Assembly: GCA_951406725.2 (NCBI GenBank)
Contig: OX597825.1
Span: forward strand, 20,212,001 to 20,276,000
DNA: 64,000 nt
Origin: Octopus vulgaris
Taxonomy: Eukaryota
Direction: 5' to 3'
Every line of letters starts with the position of its first letter. Within the stretch, counting starts at the first letter, position 1. Positions 27,017 through 40,954 of the stretch are shown one piece after another. A program made the position numbers and the translations under genes. The notes beneath the pieces were generated by a model that saw nothing but the letters and a program-made list of their open reading frames with translations, was not told where the DNA came from and searched no databases.

Positions 27017-27232
27017 GTGGGATCTTCTTATAAATATTACTGCACCTTTTCCACTTTCTTCACACTATGCTTCCTTCTCCATCACATCAATCACATCACT
27101 AACATCACTCACATCATTCACATCACACCCCGCTGAAGTTTCCTCCCTTTTTGTCCAACATCCACCACAGTCATCAACTTAAAATATTTCATTACTCATT
27201 TACTGTTTGGCATTCAAACACATAAATCTTTT

Positions 27233-27648
27233 AGGCGTAGGAGCGGCTGTGTGGTAAGTAGCTTGCTTAAAAACCACATGGTTCCAGGCTCAGTCTCACT
27301 GCATGGCACCTTGGCAAGTGTCTTCTCCTATAGCCCTCGGGCTAACCAAAGCCTACTGAGTGGATTTGGTAGACGGAGACTGAAAGAAACCCGTCGTATA
27401 TATGTATGTGTGTGTGTATGTGTGTGTGTGTGTTTGTGTTTGCCCCCCGCCCCAACATCGCTTGACAACCGATGCTGCTGTGTTTACATCCCCGTAACTT
27501 AGCGGTTCGGCAAAAGAGACCGATAGAGTAAGTACTAGGCTTACAAAGAATAAGTCCTGGGGTCGATTTGTTCGACTAAAGGCAGTGCTGAAGCATGGCC
27601 GCAGTCAAATAAGTGAAACAAGTAAAATAGTAAAAGAGAGTAAAGAGT
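27233..27648 (+). mobile_element. SINE family A, full length
   Basis: aggcgtaggagcggctgtgtggtaagtagc..ggcaccttggcaagtgtcttc..cagtcaaataagtgaaacaagtaaaa. Confidence 0.9.
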
Positions 27649-28721
27649 ATTCTCTCTTTCTCTCTTTCTTCCTCTCTCTCACTCTTTCTCTCTATTTCTC
27701 TCTTTCTATTTCTTTCTCTGTCTTTCTCTCTGTCTTCCAAACTCATTTTCTTTTTCGAGCTTTCTGAAGACAAACAAGATGACAAAGACAAAGAAGAGCA
27801 AGGAAATGAGAGGAAGAAGAATAGTGAAAAGGAAGAAATGGTGTTGGTGATGATGCTGTTGGTGATGGTGGTGGTATAAGGTCGTCGTCATTGCGCTGGT
27901 GATGGAAATGGAGGGGGAGGTGAAGGAGAGGTAACAGGGTAACATCTAGAGGCGGAAGCGGATGAGGAAGTAGAGGAGGAAGATGAGAAGCAAATTCCAG
28001 GAAGTGTTAGATTATTTCACTCCCCTGACAAATCAACTCACTGAAATCTGTTACAAACTTTCCTAGCGACTATTCTCTTATTCTACTCCATTTTTTCCTC
28101 TCTATAATTGTGAATTGCATTGCAGAGGCAATATATGTCTGAAGATTGAATATTAAATACAGTACGTAATAAAATAAGAAACGAAAAATGAAAACGAAAA
28201 CGAAAACTGTGAAAAATAAAGAAAAAATGAAACATCAAATATATTTGTGAACCACGCCGAAATTAACCAATAACCATTGAATAAAATAATACTGAGTGAC
28301 TGCACTGATTGTAACGGGTTAGTGATAAATTGGCCAGTCTCTGAAACTGATCTTCAACGGACTAACAGCTTACAGTCATTTAGTTCTCCTAAGAAAATCG
28401 ATTCCATGTGAAATTAGTGCATAAAACTACATAAGCAAAGTAAGATTACGTTTCACCATTCGAATGAATATAATATCTGACATCGAAGGAATATATTTGT
28501 TTATGGAGAGGTTCTCTTTAACTATATCTTTGTTGTAAACGAGCACGCAGCATTGTGATTATAAACAATTGAAAAACAAAAAAACAACTAGAGAAACTGC
28601 AACGGGAGAAAAAAGAGAAAACAACTGTGGCAAGACCGATAGCTTTCTGCAAACATGAAAAGAATGATACGCACATCGCACATACACATCGACCTCCTGT
28701 ACATAAGCACACTCATATATG

Positions 28722-28774
<53 letters not shown>

Positions 28775-29085
28775 ACATATATATATATATATGTGTGTGT
28801 CTATATGTAAATATATACATATGAATATATATACATAAGATACACATATAGGGTAGCGAATATTCGTTATAAATATCACCACCAGTGGCCTAGCATATAT
28901 AAAGAGTCAATAGACAACATATTCTTATTTTAAAATAGTGTACTTTTAAATAAAAGAGAAAACCACCCTTTAACAGGCAATTTTTACATGCTAGAAGAAG
29001 CAACCAAAACGGCGAAAACCACGATTTTATAGCAATTTTCGTAGGAGATGAAAAAATAAAATCTTTTACCGTGTTAGTTTTTTTG

Positions 29086-29195
29086 CGGTCATACCATGGT
29101 TTCAAATTTCTTGTGCAAATAAGATTATCTGCCACCCTTTAATAGGTAATTTAGCAAATAAGAATATCTGCAAGGCGCATTCTCATCAGTAACCG
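29086..29195 (-). ncRNA. Type I hammerhead ribozyme motif, intact core
   Basis: Minus: cggtta CTGATGA gaat...attt GAAA ccatgg TA tgaccg; 6-bp stem I, palindromic stem III. Confidence 0.8.
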
Positions 29196-29282
29196 GCCTT
29201 GCGTGCCGAGTTTTGAAAAATTGTAACATATAACGATGGGACACATGTTTTTCTCTAAATTATAAGTTAGTTATTAAGGCCG

Positions 29283-29388
29283 GTTACTGATGAGAATTCG
29301 CCTGGCAGATAATCTTATTTGCTAAATTAGCTATTAAAGGGTGGTAGATAATCTTATTTGCTGAAGAAATTTGAAACCATGGTATAAC
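29283..29388 (+). ncRNA. Type I hammerhead ribozyme motif, intact core
   Basis: gtta CTGATGA gaatt...aattt GAAA ccatgg TA taac. Confidence 0.8.
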
Positions 29389-29410
29389 AACAACAACAAC
29401 GAAAACTACC

Positions 29411-29562
29411 TTAGGAATGAGAACTCAGATTCGAAATTTCCTCAAGACACCTGAAGAAGCCGAAACGTTGGGTTAACAACAAAGAAGATGAGGACAAATA
29501 TCTGCCAAATGTAAATAATGTAAATAATGTAAATAATTCCTCATCCCTTAAATATAGAACTG
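29411..29562 (+). mobile_element. Solo PLE LTR-like repeat, hammerhead stem II deleted
   Basis: caagacac CTGAAGA agcc GAAA cgttgggttaacaacaaagaagatgagg..aaatatagaactg; matches 52894-53020. Confidence 0.85.
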
Positions 29563-30533
29563 AAGTTCTATTGCAAAGATTTTGGGTAAGCTTCTCGGTT
29601 TGAGTATAACTATGTTCTTCCTTTTCGCCACCAATCCGGAACAAAATAGTACCAGTGACCCTGCTCTCCCTATATGATTATAGTAACCTGTATAAGGAAT
29701 CTGAAGAATCAAATTTATATGATACAAGTCAAGGCTTTTGTGATTGCAAAACTCGGCTTATTTCTATGAACCAATACAATATATGCGTATTTGTGTTGGT
29801 CGTAACACTTCTTCTGTAACAGAAAGATATGTAGTTGTTCAGAACCGAATGCATACTGAAACGAAGATGGAATAGATTAGACGACTAGACAGATAATCCT
29901 ATTAATCAACACTATTCAAAATATTTTGGCAACAATTGACGGCTTTAACTTGTATCAAGTTTTGGAAAGATGTCTTGTTTTATATATTTACTTTATTTAT
30001 TTACTTATTTATTTATTTTTTTGAGTAAATCTGAAAGTGAAGTTACCATATATATGCCTATGAATGTTATTTAACCCGTTCCAGGCCTTTGCGTATGAGA
30101 AAACTTTCCACGGTTGACTCTTGTCATTTCCTTTATAAAACTCATCTACCGTAGCTGTTTATGAGCATAAGTTTATGAGCGTGCATCGCACGCATGAATT
30201 TACGGGTTCCTTCTCACTACCTGATGCCTTTGGTACGTATATTTCATTAGCCTTGTGTTGACCCTAGACCAAAACTTATACAAAGGTGTAAAATTCCCTC
30301 AAATAATTATTATATATATATATATATAACAAACTACAGATTTTTTTCTGTAGTAGTTTACTTGAAGACACACGAGGATGGGCAGGGGGAAGGTAATTGA
30401 ACCACATTCATGTTTTGAATTCGACGGTACTAACACTGAATATTATCTGTCTGATACCGTTAGGTGGAGAGATATGTTCAATTATTCCAGTGCCTTCGAA
30501 TTTAATATTTCAATATTTAATTATTGATGGGGT

Positions 30534-30616
30534 CCTATGCTAATGAGGAAAACGGTTGGTAAAGTATAATTCTATATTCTTTATTCCAATCTAATTCCGA
30601 AACGCGCGTCCATAGG
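30534..30616 (+). ncRNA. Type I hammerhead motif with one core substitution
   Basis: cctatg CTAATGA ggaa...ttcc GAAA cgcgcg TC catagg; perfect 6-bp stem I, palindromic stem III, G5 to A. Confidence 0.8.
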
Positions 30617-30784
30617 TGACCAGATATTGATTGATTTTCGTTACTTTTCCTCTCTGCCTGTATTTTGGTTTTTTCTGGGAGTCCTTTTTTAAAGTAGAAG
30701 AAATAGCTAACGCTTTTTGGCTGCTATATCTAAACTTCGGTATGTGGAAAAGCAAATCTTTGCTGAACCCTAATTATTAAGTAT

Positions 30785-30870
<86 letters not shown>

Positions 30871-32107
30871 TGATAGATATCGATATAGATATATAAAATA
30901 TATATGCACTCTCCTATCACACATCTACACTCGCACATATATAAACATATGCATATCCGTATAAATAAATAGATATATATATATAAATGTGTGTGTATGT
31001 GTGTGGATGTGTGTAGGTATGAGTACGTACATACATATATATGGGGAGTGTATGTGCATGTACGTATATATGCTTCACAGTCAATAACGATGATCGTACA
31101 TAAGGTTGCTTGTGACTGTGGAGTACTCAACCAGTTGACACACAATATCAAAAACCAGGATATCCGCATGGCTGAAGGTTTCGGAGCTCATACGTTGAAA
31201 TCGACGATAGAGTCCACAACTGTGAGCATGCTATGAATCGCTGACTGATACATCTAAGCTTAACAGACATTTTACTCATATAAGCAATCATCGGGCAAAT
31301 GTAAGATGGCTTTCATGAATAGATCATATATTTGTTTATGCGTTTTCTACGATGTATTGATTATGTTATGTCTGTTTTATGATGTTATAAAACCGTTTTA
31401 CGGTCATTCAGGAACATACTTAGATCAATGTTCCGCAGTAAGATCAGGCGTAGACAGCTTGTCTAAGGATTGGCTATTGTTCAGGATCATACAAAGATGT
31501 GCTTTTGTGCGTGCGATAGTATATGTGTGTATGCATGAGTGTGTATGTATGTATGTGTGTGTGCGTACGTGCGTACGTGTGTACGTGTGTGTGTTTGTGT
31601 GTATGGTGAATGTGTATGCGGCTATGTGTGTACGCAAGAATACTAAAGGCCTCCATAATTCTTATGCATAAGCTTGTGAAATTACTAATAAACAACCGAA
31701 TCTTTCCTACTGGACATAAATAATTTTGTAAAGAATTTTTTCTTCAATAAGAAACAAAAATGTTTTCTTTTCGAGGCTTTTTTTTAAAAACTTACTCTTA
31801 AACTACGTCGAAATATTTTGGGTTTTTTTTTCAGAAATATCTCATCGTTGTCTAGGATCGTCGATCGTCACATTTCAAATTCTAAATATGAACACAGAAA
31901 AAAAAAAAGGTCACGTGGTATTATGTTGTATCATCTGTCATTTATACAAGCCAAAACAAATTCAAAAACTAAACAAAATCTATTTTTCAGTACTGAACCG
32001 TGGAAAAAATATATTTGCACTTTAATATTGAATTGGAAAAAAATGTTTTTATATAATCAGGAATAATATTATCTGGGAGTGCCACGTCAGTATTGTTGAA
32101 AGAAATA

Positions 32108-32165
<58 letters not shown>

Positions 32166-32206
32166 TCTTTCTCTTTCTTTGTGTGCATATATATATATAT
32201 AAATAT

Positions 32207-32269
<63 letters not shown>

Positions 32270-32514
32270 ATGATATATATATGCATGTATTCATAGGTAT
32301 ACGTACGTACTTACATGTATACGTATATACATATACGTCCTGTGGGCACAGGACGTCACAAAACATAAATGGAAAACAAGACAAGCAACACAAAGAACGA
32401 CACTTCGTCAATTGTCAGCTTTTTTCTAATCCGTATTTGGAGCAATTCTCAAGATACACCTTCGATAAAACGGCTGCTCCCGCAAAGCAAATTAAATAAA
32501 ATTTGCGATCTTAC

Positions 32515-32850
32515 GGAGGGTCAAGATTGGTGACAAAAACAGGACAGTGAAAATAAACAGAAAGGGCTGCTGAGCCTAAATGATGTAGTGGTGGTGAACG
32601 CGAAGAAGCAAGTCTGGACAGGAGACGGAGAACAATACGTCTTCCTTGTCCATCTGAAACAGGACGAAAGAAAGAAACACAAGTTAGGAGAAAAAAGAAA
32701 AATGGCCGATGGACACGTGCGGGCCACGTGAGCAAAGGAGGAAGACTGAGGGAGAGAGAGTGACAGACAGGGAACTGTGAAGCGAAGTGGATAAGATTTG
32801 GAAACAGGGCAAGAGAGAAAAAAGAGAGAGGGAGAAGAGGAAGCAAAAGA
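32515..32850 (-). mobile_element. Pyrimidine-rich PLE-LTR-like repeat, distant relative of 18960 and 11040 elements
   Basis: Minus ggcccgcacgtgtccatcggccattttt..gtttcagatggacaaggaagacg..cgtctcctgtccagac; hairpin sits where the relatives carry the hammerhead. Confidence 0.4.
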
Positions 32851-33148
32851 ATAAGAGAATTCTGTTGTCGATAACCTGAATATCTGCATATTGCAAGTTC
32901 TTCCTCATAAGACAAGTTTAGTAATTGTACTTTTAATATAGTAAAGATTAACACCTACACACTCATTCATTTAGCCTCTGTACAACCAACCAATGAAGAA
33001 AACAATGCAAAGCTGCTGCGATCTAGCGTTAGAATCGAGAAAGACCGACGTCAAAGACAGCCGCTGTAATGACGTGACTGTTGCATAAATACATCCTATT
33101 GGACTCGTAATTTCTATATTAACGTTGAGCCGAGTATATTTAGCAAGC

Positions 33149-33188
<40 letters not shown>

Positions 33189-33189
33189 G

Positions 33190-33240
<51 letters not shown>

Positions 33241-33268
33241 GAGATAGAGAGAAGATAGAGAGACAGAC

Positions 33269-33376
<108 letters not shown>

Positions 33377-33468
33377 TCAGTTGAATTAGGTACTTACGTT
33401 GAAGCACCAAGTCAGTCTGTTATTATCTGCACAGCTCGAAGTAAGGCAAATAAAATCAAAATAAGCTA

Positions 33469-33813
33469 CAGGATATCAAGCAGTAATGCAGTACGACTGC
33501 TTCAAACGCCTCAACTTAATTGAACAATGCAATCATTACATCAGTATAAATATAGTGCCATCTTAGGCTGTACAAATAAATATATGGAGTTTTAACAAGT
33601 AGGACACAATATAATTTTTGTTAAATATTTTAACAGACTAGAAGATGGAAGGAATTCATCTTGTCGCTATTGTAGCTAAGTATTTCTTAAAATTCCATTT
33701 ATTTATTTGTGCAGTTGAAGATGTCACTGCATTTAAATTGATGTAATGATTGCATTGTTCAATTAAATGGAGCCGCTCGAAACGGTCGTACTGCACAACT
33801 ACTTTATATCCTG
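33469..33813. mobile_element. MITE / fold-back element with ~130-bp imperfect TIRs
   Basis: ta|caggatatcaagcagtaatgcagtacgac..ttaattgaacaatgcaatcattacatca vs tgatgtaatgattgcattgttcaattaa..gtcgtactgcacaactactttatatcctg. Confidence 0.85.
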
Positions 33814-35761
33814 TTGCTTATTTTGATTTATATATATATATACTTTTTCATTTTCCCGAACGTCAAACTAATTCACTTGCTTCGTCTTCTGTTTTTCTAT
33901 AAATTTCAACCGTATATATGCGTGTATGTGTGTGTGTTTGTGCTTGTATATATATATATGTGTATGAATGCATGTATTTTTACCTATGTATCTGTGAGTA
34001 AGCTCATATGTTTGACGATTCCACATGATTTAGGTGCATCAAATTTGATGATCACGTTGTTACAAGAAAAGATGTATGCATAATTTTTTTACACAATGAG
34101 GCAAAACCCGAACCTCCTCGGTGGCAAGGAAGCTTCTTATCAACACTACTGTAACCGTTTTTTAATATATCTATATTATATCAAAAAGACTTCTAAGTCT
34201 AGCCTGCAGGACTTGAGGTATTATTATTACAGTATGTAGATTTGCATATGAAATATAATTAGCTTCGTCAATGAAATAGTAGCTACGACAACCAAGCATC
34301 TGCCACAATTTCAATATGTCTGACTATAGACGTACACGTTGTAACCACATAGGCGCCTTTTTAAACCGCCGTAAACCAAATCGATAGAAAGATTTTGGTA
34401 ATGAAATAAATGTATTCTAGAAATAATAATTGAAATTAACGATACAGAAAAATATTCCCTCTTCAGTATAAGTAATGGAAATCTAACGACTATAAACAAA
34501 TAATTAGCAGTGAGATAATATACCAGCATTATTCAATAAATATATTCAGATGTATATGCACAAAAATATAAAACTTCCAATTAATAAGTACTGAAGATTT
34601 TTCACAAACTATAGAAAAGTACCAAATTAGAATTAAGTGGCATCGATAAGACTTCAACAATAATCAATAAATCCATTTAGGCATAGATGCACAAAAGAAA
34701 AGTTTCAATTAATTGAAAAACAATTATTTTTTTAAAAAACAAATTAAGTTTTTGTAAAGAAAGACATAAACACAATTTACGTAAGTATATAAATATAAAA
34801 ATACACACACATATATAAACAAATGATATGTGCGTGTTTTTATGTATGTGTATACACGCATATATATATGTATGTATGTATGTAGACAGAGAGGGAGAGA
34901 CATAAATACATTTAAATATATCTACATAAATATATAAATATACAGACGAAATATATCTCCACTTTTATACTATAAATGCACATTATTGTATCATTATATA
35001 GCAATACAACCCACTATTAATTGCCAAATTTTAACAATTCGACAGATTCTCTTCAATACTAAGCAATTAAAACATTAGATACATCATAATACTGTCTACC
35101 ACTCTTTTTTGCCCTGACTAATCCCTGGATGCTTTGTCCCACATTCACTCATTAATAAATTATACACAGCTTACAATTAAAACGTTACGTCCATTTTCAA
35201 AATGGCTATATATATGAAATGCCACTCAGTGTATACAGAATGAATAGATAGAATTCCCTTGGGGAAGTATTGGAAATCCGCTGACGTATTTTAAGTCCTC
35301 TTTTCGATTTCTTAGCCTCCTTGAATAGGAAAATATTGCCGGCTGAAGTATATGCGGTTGTTGATATTTCTTGAAGGGATTTGTCCACTTTGAAGTCGTT
35401 TTTTAAACGATTTTGTGCCAAACATGATTCCAGGGCATTGTAGCGAAAGAGAAAACAAAGAAAGAAATTCATTCAAATAATGTCTATTTACAGGATGTTT
35501 AAAGTACTGAACGTCATAGACCAGATGAAAACAAGATAACGACTGTAAGTTCCAGAGAGCAGCAGTTCAAAGGGAAAATTTCTTATTAAAATAAAAGGAC
35601 TGGTGACTACAAAAAAGCTCAATGGGGGAAAATACGCCTGGAAAGAGAAGAGAGTAAACACTTAAAAACCTTAACAGAAGTTACTAGAACAGGAATTTCA
35701 TCGGAATGATGACCAAGAAAATACTTATTCAAGAGACCCAACGAAGACACATTTTAATAAT

Positions 35762-36238
<477 letters not shown>

Positions 36239-36786
36239 TGAGTCCAAATGCCCCACACAATTGAAAGAAATATCACTATGTTAACAACACGACGCTGAAT
36301 TCTTCACGCAAGTACAGGTACTCAGCGAACTCACCAGCCCCAAAATAACAACATTCTATACAAAATGTAAGTGTGGCCTTATATAATTTTAATGACACTC
36401 TCAGATGAAACATATTTCAGAATTGTTCTGTTTTAATAAGAAAGATTTTAAATTTGATCAGAATTTGTGAGTTAAGTTTCCGAGACGTAGTAGAGTATAG
36501 GATAACAGTTGTAAGATATTTTGAACTTCATGCTATCACAATTTTTCAGAATGTTAATGGGATGTTTTCCATATTATACAAATGAGGTAGTCTCCAACAT
36601 GGCGTTGATATGTTAAAAGCCCCAGTAACAAGTATATTAAAATGGAACCCTGAAGATGTGCATAATATGCCGTGTGGTCTGGACAAGTTTTCAAATATGA
36701 TCATCGTAATGACATCGCATTTACTATGGATGCACATTGGTCTTCTCTTACTCTCTCTTTCTCCCGCACTCTGTCTATCTATCTAT

Positions 36787-36913
<127 letters not shown>

Positions 36914-36922
36914 GACAGAGAG

Positions 36923-37852
36923 AGAGGGTATCAAAAAGTTTCCGCACTACTTATCTTTAATAAAGAAAATAAGATATTTACCTTAATTTCAACATTGTTT
37001 CCTTCGAAATAGTTACCTTCCTCAGAAATAGCCCGGTCCCACTGTCCCTGCCGTTTTTGGAATCCTACCTGGAAGTCATATTCAGTAAGTGTGTCGAAGA
37101 CATTTTGCGAATTGTTCTCGATGAACACAACGGTGTTAAAACGCCGACCTTTGGGCTATATTTTCATCTTGGAGAAGTGTTATGGAAGTCTTCAGGTGTA
37201 AATCTGGCGAACTGGGTTAGTGCGGAAGCGATACCATGTTCCTTTTGGCGAGTAAATCACGAGTGAGGAATGCTCAGTGACACGGTGCATTGTCGTCATG
37301 AAGAATCCAATTTTTTGCCCTCCACAGATCCGGTCACTTTCGCCGTATGTTCTCCCTCAAACGCGTTGAAAACATCGCAGTAGAACTCTCGATTGACGGT
37401 ATGCCCCTTCAGGACGAATTCTCGATGCACAATATCATATTTCTGGGGCTTAATCTCGTGGCAGATCTTCCAAATCGGTCATCGTCTTCTAGAGATATTC
37501 TTCCGGATTTGAAGCGCCCTTGCCACTAGAACCATTGCGTACAACCCATTGCCTCGTCGCCGTAAACTTCATGAAGCATACTCAATGTCTCTGTAACAGA
37601 CTTCCCAAGTTTAACGCAAAATTTCATGTTGGTTCTCAGTTCCGACTCGCTGTCCGTCACAAATACCGCAGACTACAGCGTACATGCTGTCACAAAAACG
37701 CAAATTTCATAACTAGCGAAGTAAACACAGTAGTGTCACTCAGAACACTGCCTCATGAGTGTCACTCTTAGTTCACACTGCGCACGCAATCGTATGCTGC
37801 CATCTCTTGGCGCGCCCCAGAAGTAGTCCAGGACCTTTTTGATACCACCTCG
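36923..37852 (-). mobile_element. Internally deleted mariner element with both TIRs
   Basis: TIRs gagggtatcaaaaagtttccgcactactt / aagtagtccaggacctttttgataccacctcg|ta; minus ELRTNMKFCVKLGKSVTETLSMLHEVYGDEAM..WQGRFKSGRISLEDDDRFGR, LHDDNAPCH, PH*PSSPDL; stops and frameshifts. Confidence 0.92.
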
Positions 37853-38219
37853 TACACACCTGAACATTAATTCTGTAGATATCCTAAAACTTTGTTGAAC
37901 CATGTCTGGTCAAATTCAGAATTCTTCCTCCTCAACAGAAAAAAAATATTTAAAAGATATGGTTGGATGGCATCATTTATTGAGGGACAGATAAGCTACT
38001 TTGTGGCATCAATTACGTTTGGGTGATATATGTTCCAAATTTGAATCTTGTGCATCGATACTATCTCCTAAAACCTCAACTTTTGTTTGCTAGAAACCTA
38101 TATTAATGATAAATAAGTAAATATTCAACTCAAATTCCTATCATCTGCCATTTGAGTCATTTCGCCTTAGATCCCATTATTTTCAATCTGTTTCTAAATT
38201 TTAAGGAAATGAACTGATA

Positions 38220-38890
38220 AAATTGTCAGCACGCCGGGCAAAATGCTAGACAACATTTCGTCCGTCTTTAAGTTCTGTGTTCAAATTCTGCCGAGGTTGA
38301 CTTTCATCTTTTCGGAGATGATGACATAAGTACCAGTTGTACGCTAGGGGGTCGATGAAATAATTATCAGTTGTACTCTTGGGTCTATGAAATTAGTACG
38401 ATTTATACGCTGGGGTCGATGAAATAAGTGCCATTTGTACACTGGGTTCGATGAAATAAGTACCATTTGTACGCTGGGGTTCATGAAATATGTACAAGTT
38501 GTGCTCTGGGGTCGACGAAATAAGTAGCAGTTATACGCTGGGGTCGATGAAATATGTAACTGTTGTACACTGTGGTCGATGAAATCAGTACCAGTAGTAC
38601 ACTGGGGTCCATGAAATAAGTAACAAATTGTACGCTAGCGTCCATGAAATAAGTAACAGTTGTACTCTAGGGTCGATGAAATAAGTAGCATTCGTACGCT
38701 GGGGTCGATGAAATAAATACCAGTTGTACACTGGGGTCGATGAAATAAGTACCAGTTGTACACTGGGGTCCATGAAATAAGTGCCTGTTGTACACAGGGG
38801 TCGATGGAATAAGTACCAGTTGTACGCTAGCTTCCATGAAATAAGTAATAGTTGTACACCAGATTATATCCTCCTAAAATTTGAAATCAA
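38220..38890 (+). mobile_element. SINE family B copy hosting a minisatellite
   Basis: cagcacgccgggcaaaatgct..gttcaaattctgccgaggttgacttt head before the array; tail remnant aaaatttgaaatca after it. Confidence 0.8.
38313..38859 (+). repeat. 32-bp minisatellite, about 17 units (ctggggtcgatgaaataagtaccagttgtaca)
   Basis: Period 32 (e.g. 38410, 38442); no spacers. Confidence 0.95.
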
Positions 38891-40649
38891 CATATTGCTT
38901 GTTGTATGCAGAACCTGTACAACCCCGTGATTGGCTAAGTGAACTATACTTGTTAGTACAAATGAACATACGCAGAACAGTCTGAGAAGATTATCATATG
39001 TGCAGTCATAGTATACAAGTTGTAGAAATTATTTAATAGAGATATCGTGGAGTGCTTGTTGAAGATACACAGTTGGGATGTAATAAGAGAACATCAGGAA
39101 CATTCGATATTATAACAGTTCAGATATAACAGTGACGACGAGAAGTCGTACGTCATATCATTTCTGAAATTTTATTTAATTTGTAACCTCTTTGCTGTGT
39201 TGTGTTTCATTCAAATTTATACTAATGACTCATTTAGACGTATTAGTTTTTACTACTTTCTTTAAGTTCTATTAAATTTAATTTGTAGTCTTGCTCTAAT
39301 TTAAGCACATTGTTACTAATAAGTACTGTAGTGGCCAATTTGAGTGATTACTCTTCCCCTTATTTTTTAATTATGCAAGTAATTTTTTTTTTTTTACGCT
39401 ATGTAAATATCTTTTTTACTTGAGCAGAAGGCTCGGTTAGATAGTCATATACTGATGAGTTCAAATAGACTAAGACATGCCCATATTTTATCCCTTACAT
39501 AGAAATATCCTACTATCATTCAGATATAAATTCTTAATTTCTTGAAATTATTTCCCCTTTCTTTACGAATTGCTAATAATCGCCGCTAGGTTATAGCTTC
39601 CTTTCCCCGACTAAGAGAGAAATTTCAAATAAATTAAGAACTGCCTGTGTATGACATTCAGTACATCATCTGTTAGCTGTTAGATAAATGGTGATGGCAT
39701 ATTAAATAAGATTGTTTCAATTCTGCGTTGAATAAAAGGTCGCGAGTGCAAGCAGAATATATTCATATGCCTGGCGCCTGACGAATAAACAATTCAAATC
39801 ACAGTACGTCACACACACATACACACATCGAAGTAATGATGAGGTTGCAAGATCAACAAATTATTTTATTACTTCTAATATATTTAGATTGGTGATGTAT
39901 TTGATGTTTTTCTCACAAAGCTTCTTACTGTTTTTATCTCCTTCTCTTCTTTCCATTTGTCTCAACAGATTTTAAAACTCTTCTCCCAGACATTATTTAT
40001 TATTATAATTAGAACTGTCATTTGATTATATACTGAAGCACATTTCCGGAAATATCAACTACTATTAGTTAGAATGTGTCTGTAGTTAGACCTCGTAGAT
40101 TTAAAAACAAGCAGAAACATTCTAGATTTTTTTTTTCTGTCGAACAGGAAGACACAATGAGAACTAATAACAGAAACTAATATTTTTCAAAACAATCCTG
40201 GAAGTAAATACTGTGTTGTTATTATTTAATTATACTCAGTTTTTATCGTAATTCTAAATTTTAGTTCGACAGTCAAGTATAATTTAAAATACTGTAAAGA
40301 ATAGATTTTTCTGTCTTTGTTGTTCATTTTGTTTTTCATCAAGAGAAGCTGTAGAGCATTAAAGAAACTACCTCTACCTCTTGTAACTTTTGATTTCGAA
40401 TCTCCACGAAGTTGAAATTGATTGATATCGTTCTGGGATTTAAGTAACATACACTGGCGTTATCATAATTCATATTTTTCTATTGCAAAAATTGAGAGTT
40501 TATGCTTATATTCTAAATAGTTAGATGTATCATATGGTATTCTTATTATTATCAGGGCTGCACATGGCAGAGATTTTAAAGAGGCACTCTCCTCAAAATT
40601 GCAAGCATTGTGTCATTATTATTTTCCCGATATCTAATATTCTATATTG

Positions 40650-40843
40650 GTTTCAAATTTTGGCACTAGGCCAGCAATTTCGGCAGAGAGAGTAAGTGAT
40701 TAGCTGGTACCTATTTGATCAATTTAGAATGGATAACAGACAAACTTGACGCCGATGGAGTTTGAATTCAGAAAATAATCACGGACGAAATGCCACTAAG
40801 TATTTTAACCGGTGTTCTATCGATTCTGGTAGTTCGCCGCCTT
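40650..40843 (-). mobile_element. SINE family B, old copy
   Basis: tttcaaattttggcactaggccagc..gagtttgaattcagaa..gacgaaatgccactaag..ttcgccgcct. Confidence 0.75.
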
Positions 40844-40902
40844 TAATCCAATATTGAATATTATAAAACAAAGTATGCAATATATATACACGTACATACA
40901 TA

Positions 40903-40954
<52 letters not shown>

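Noticed and set aside
35206-35472. 88-aa minus-strand ORF
   Set aside because: No motif recognised and no splice support
38313-38859. CRISPR-like array of ~32-bp repeats
   Set aside because: Units are contiguous with no unique spacers, derive from a SINE, and the context is eukaryotic with no cas genes
39447-39490. ctgatgagttcaaatagac hammerhead-like start
   Set aside because: No GAAA box or convincing stem I
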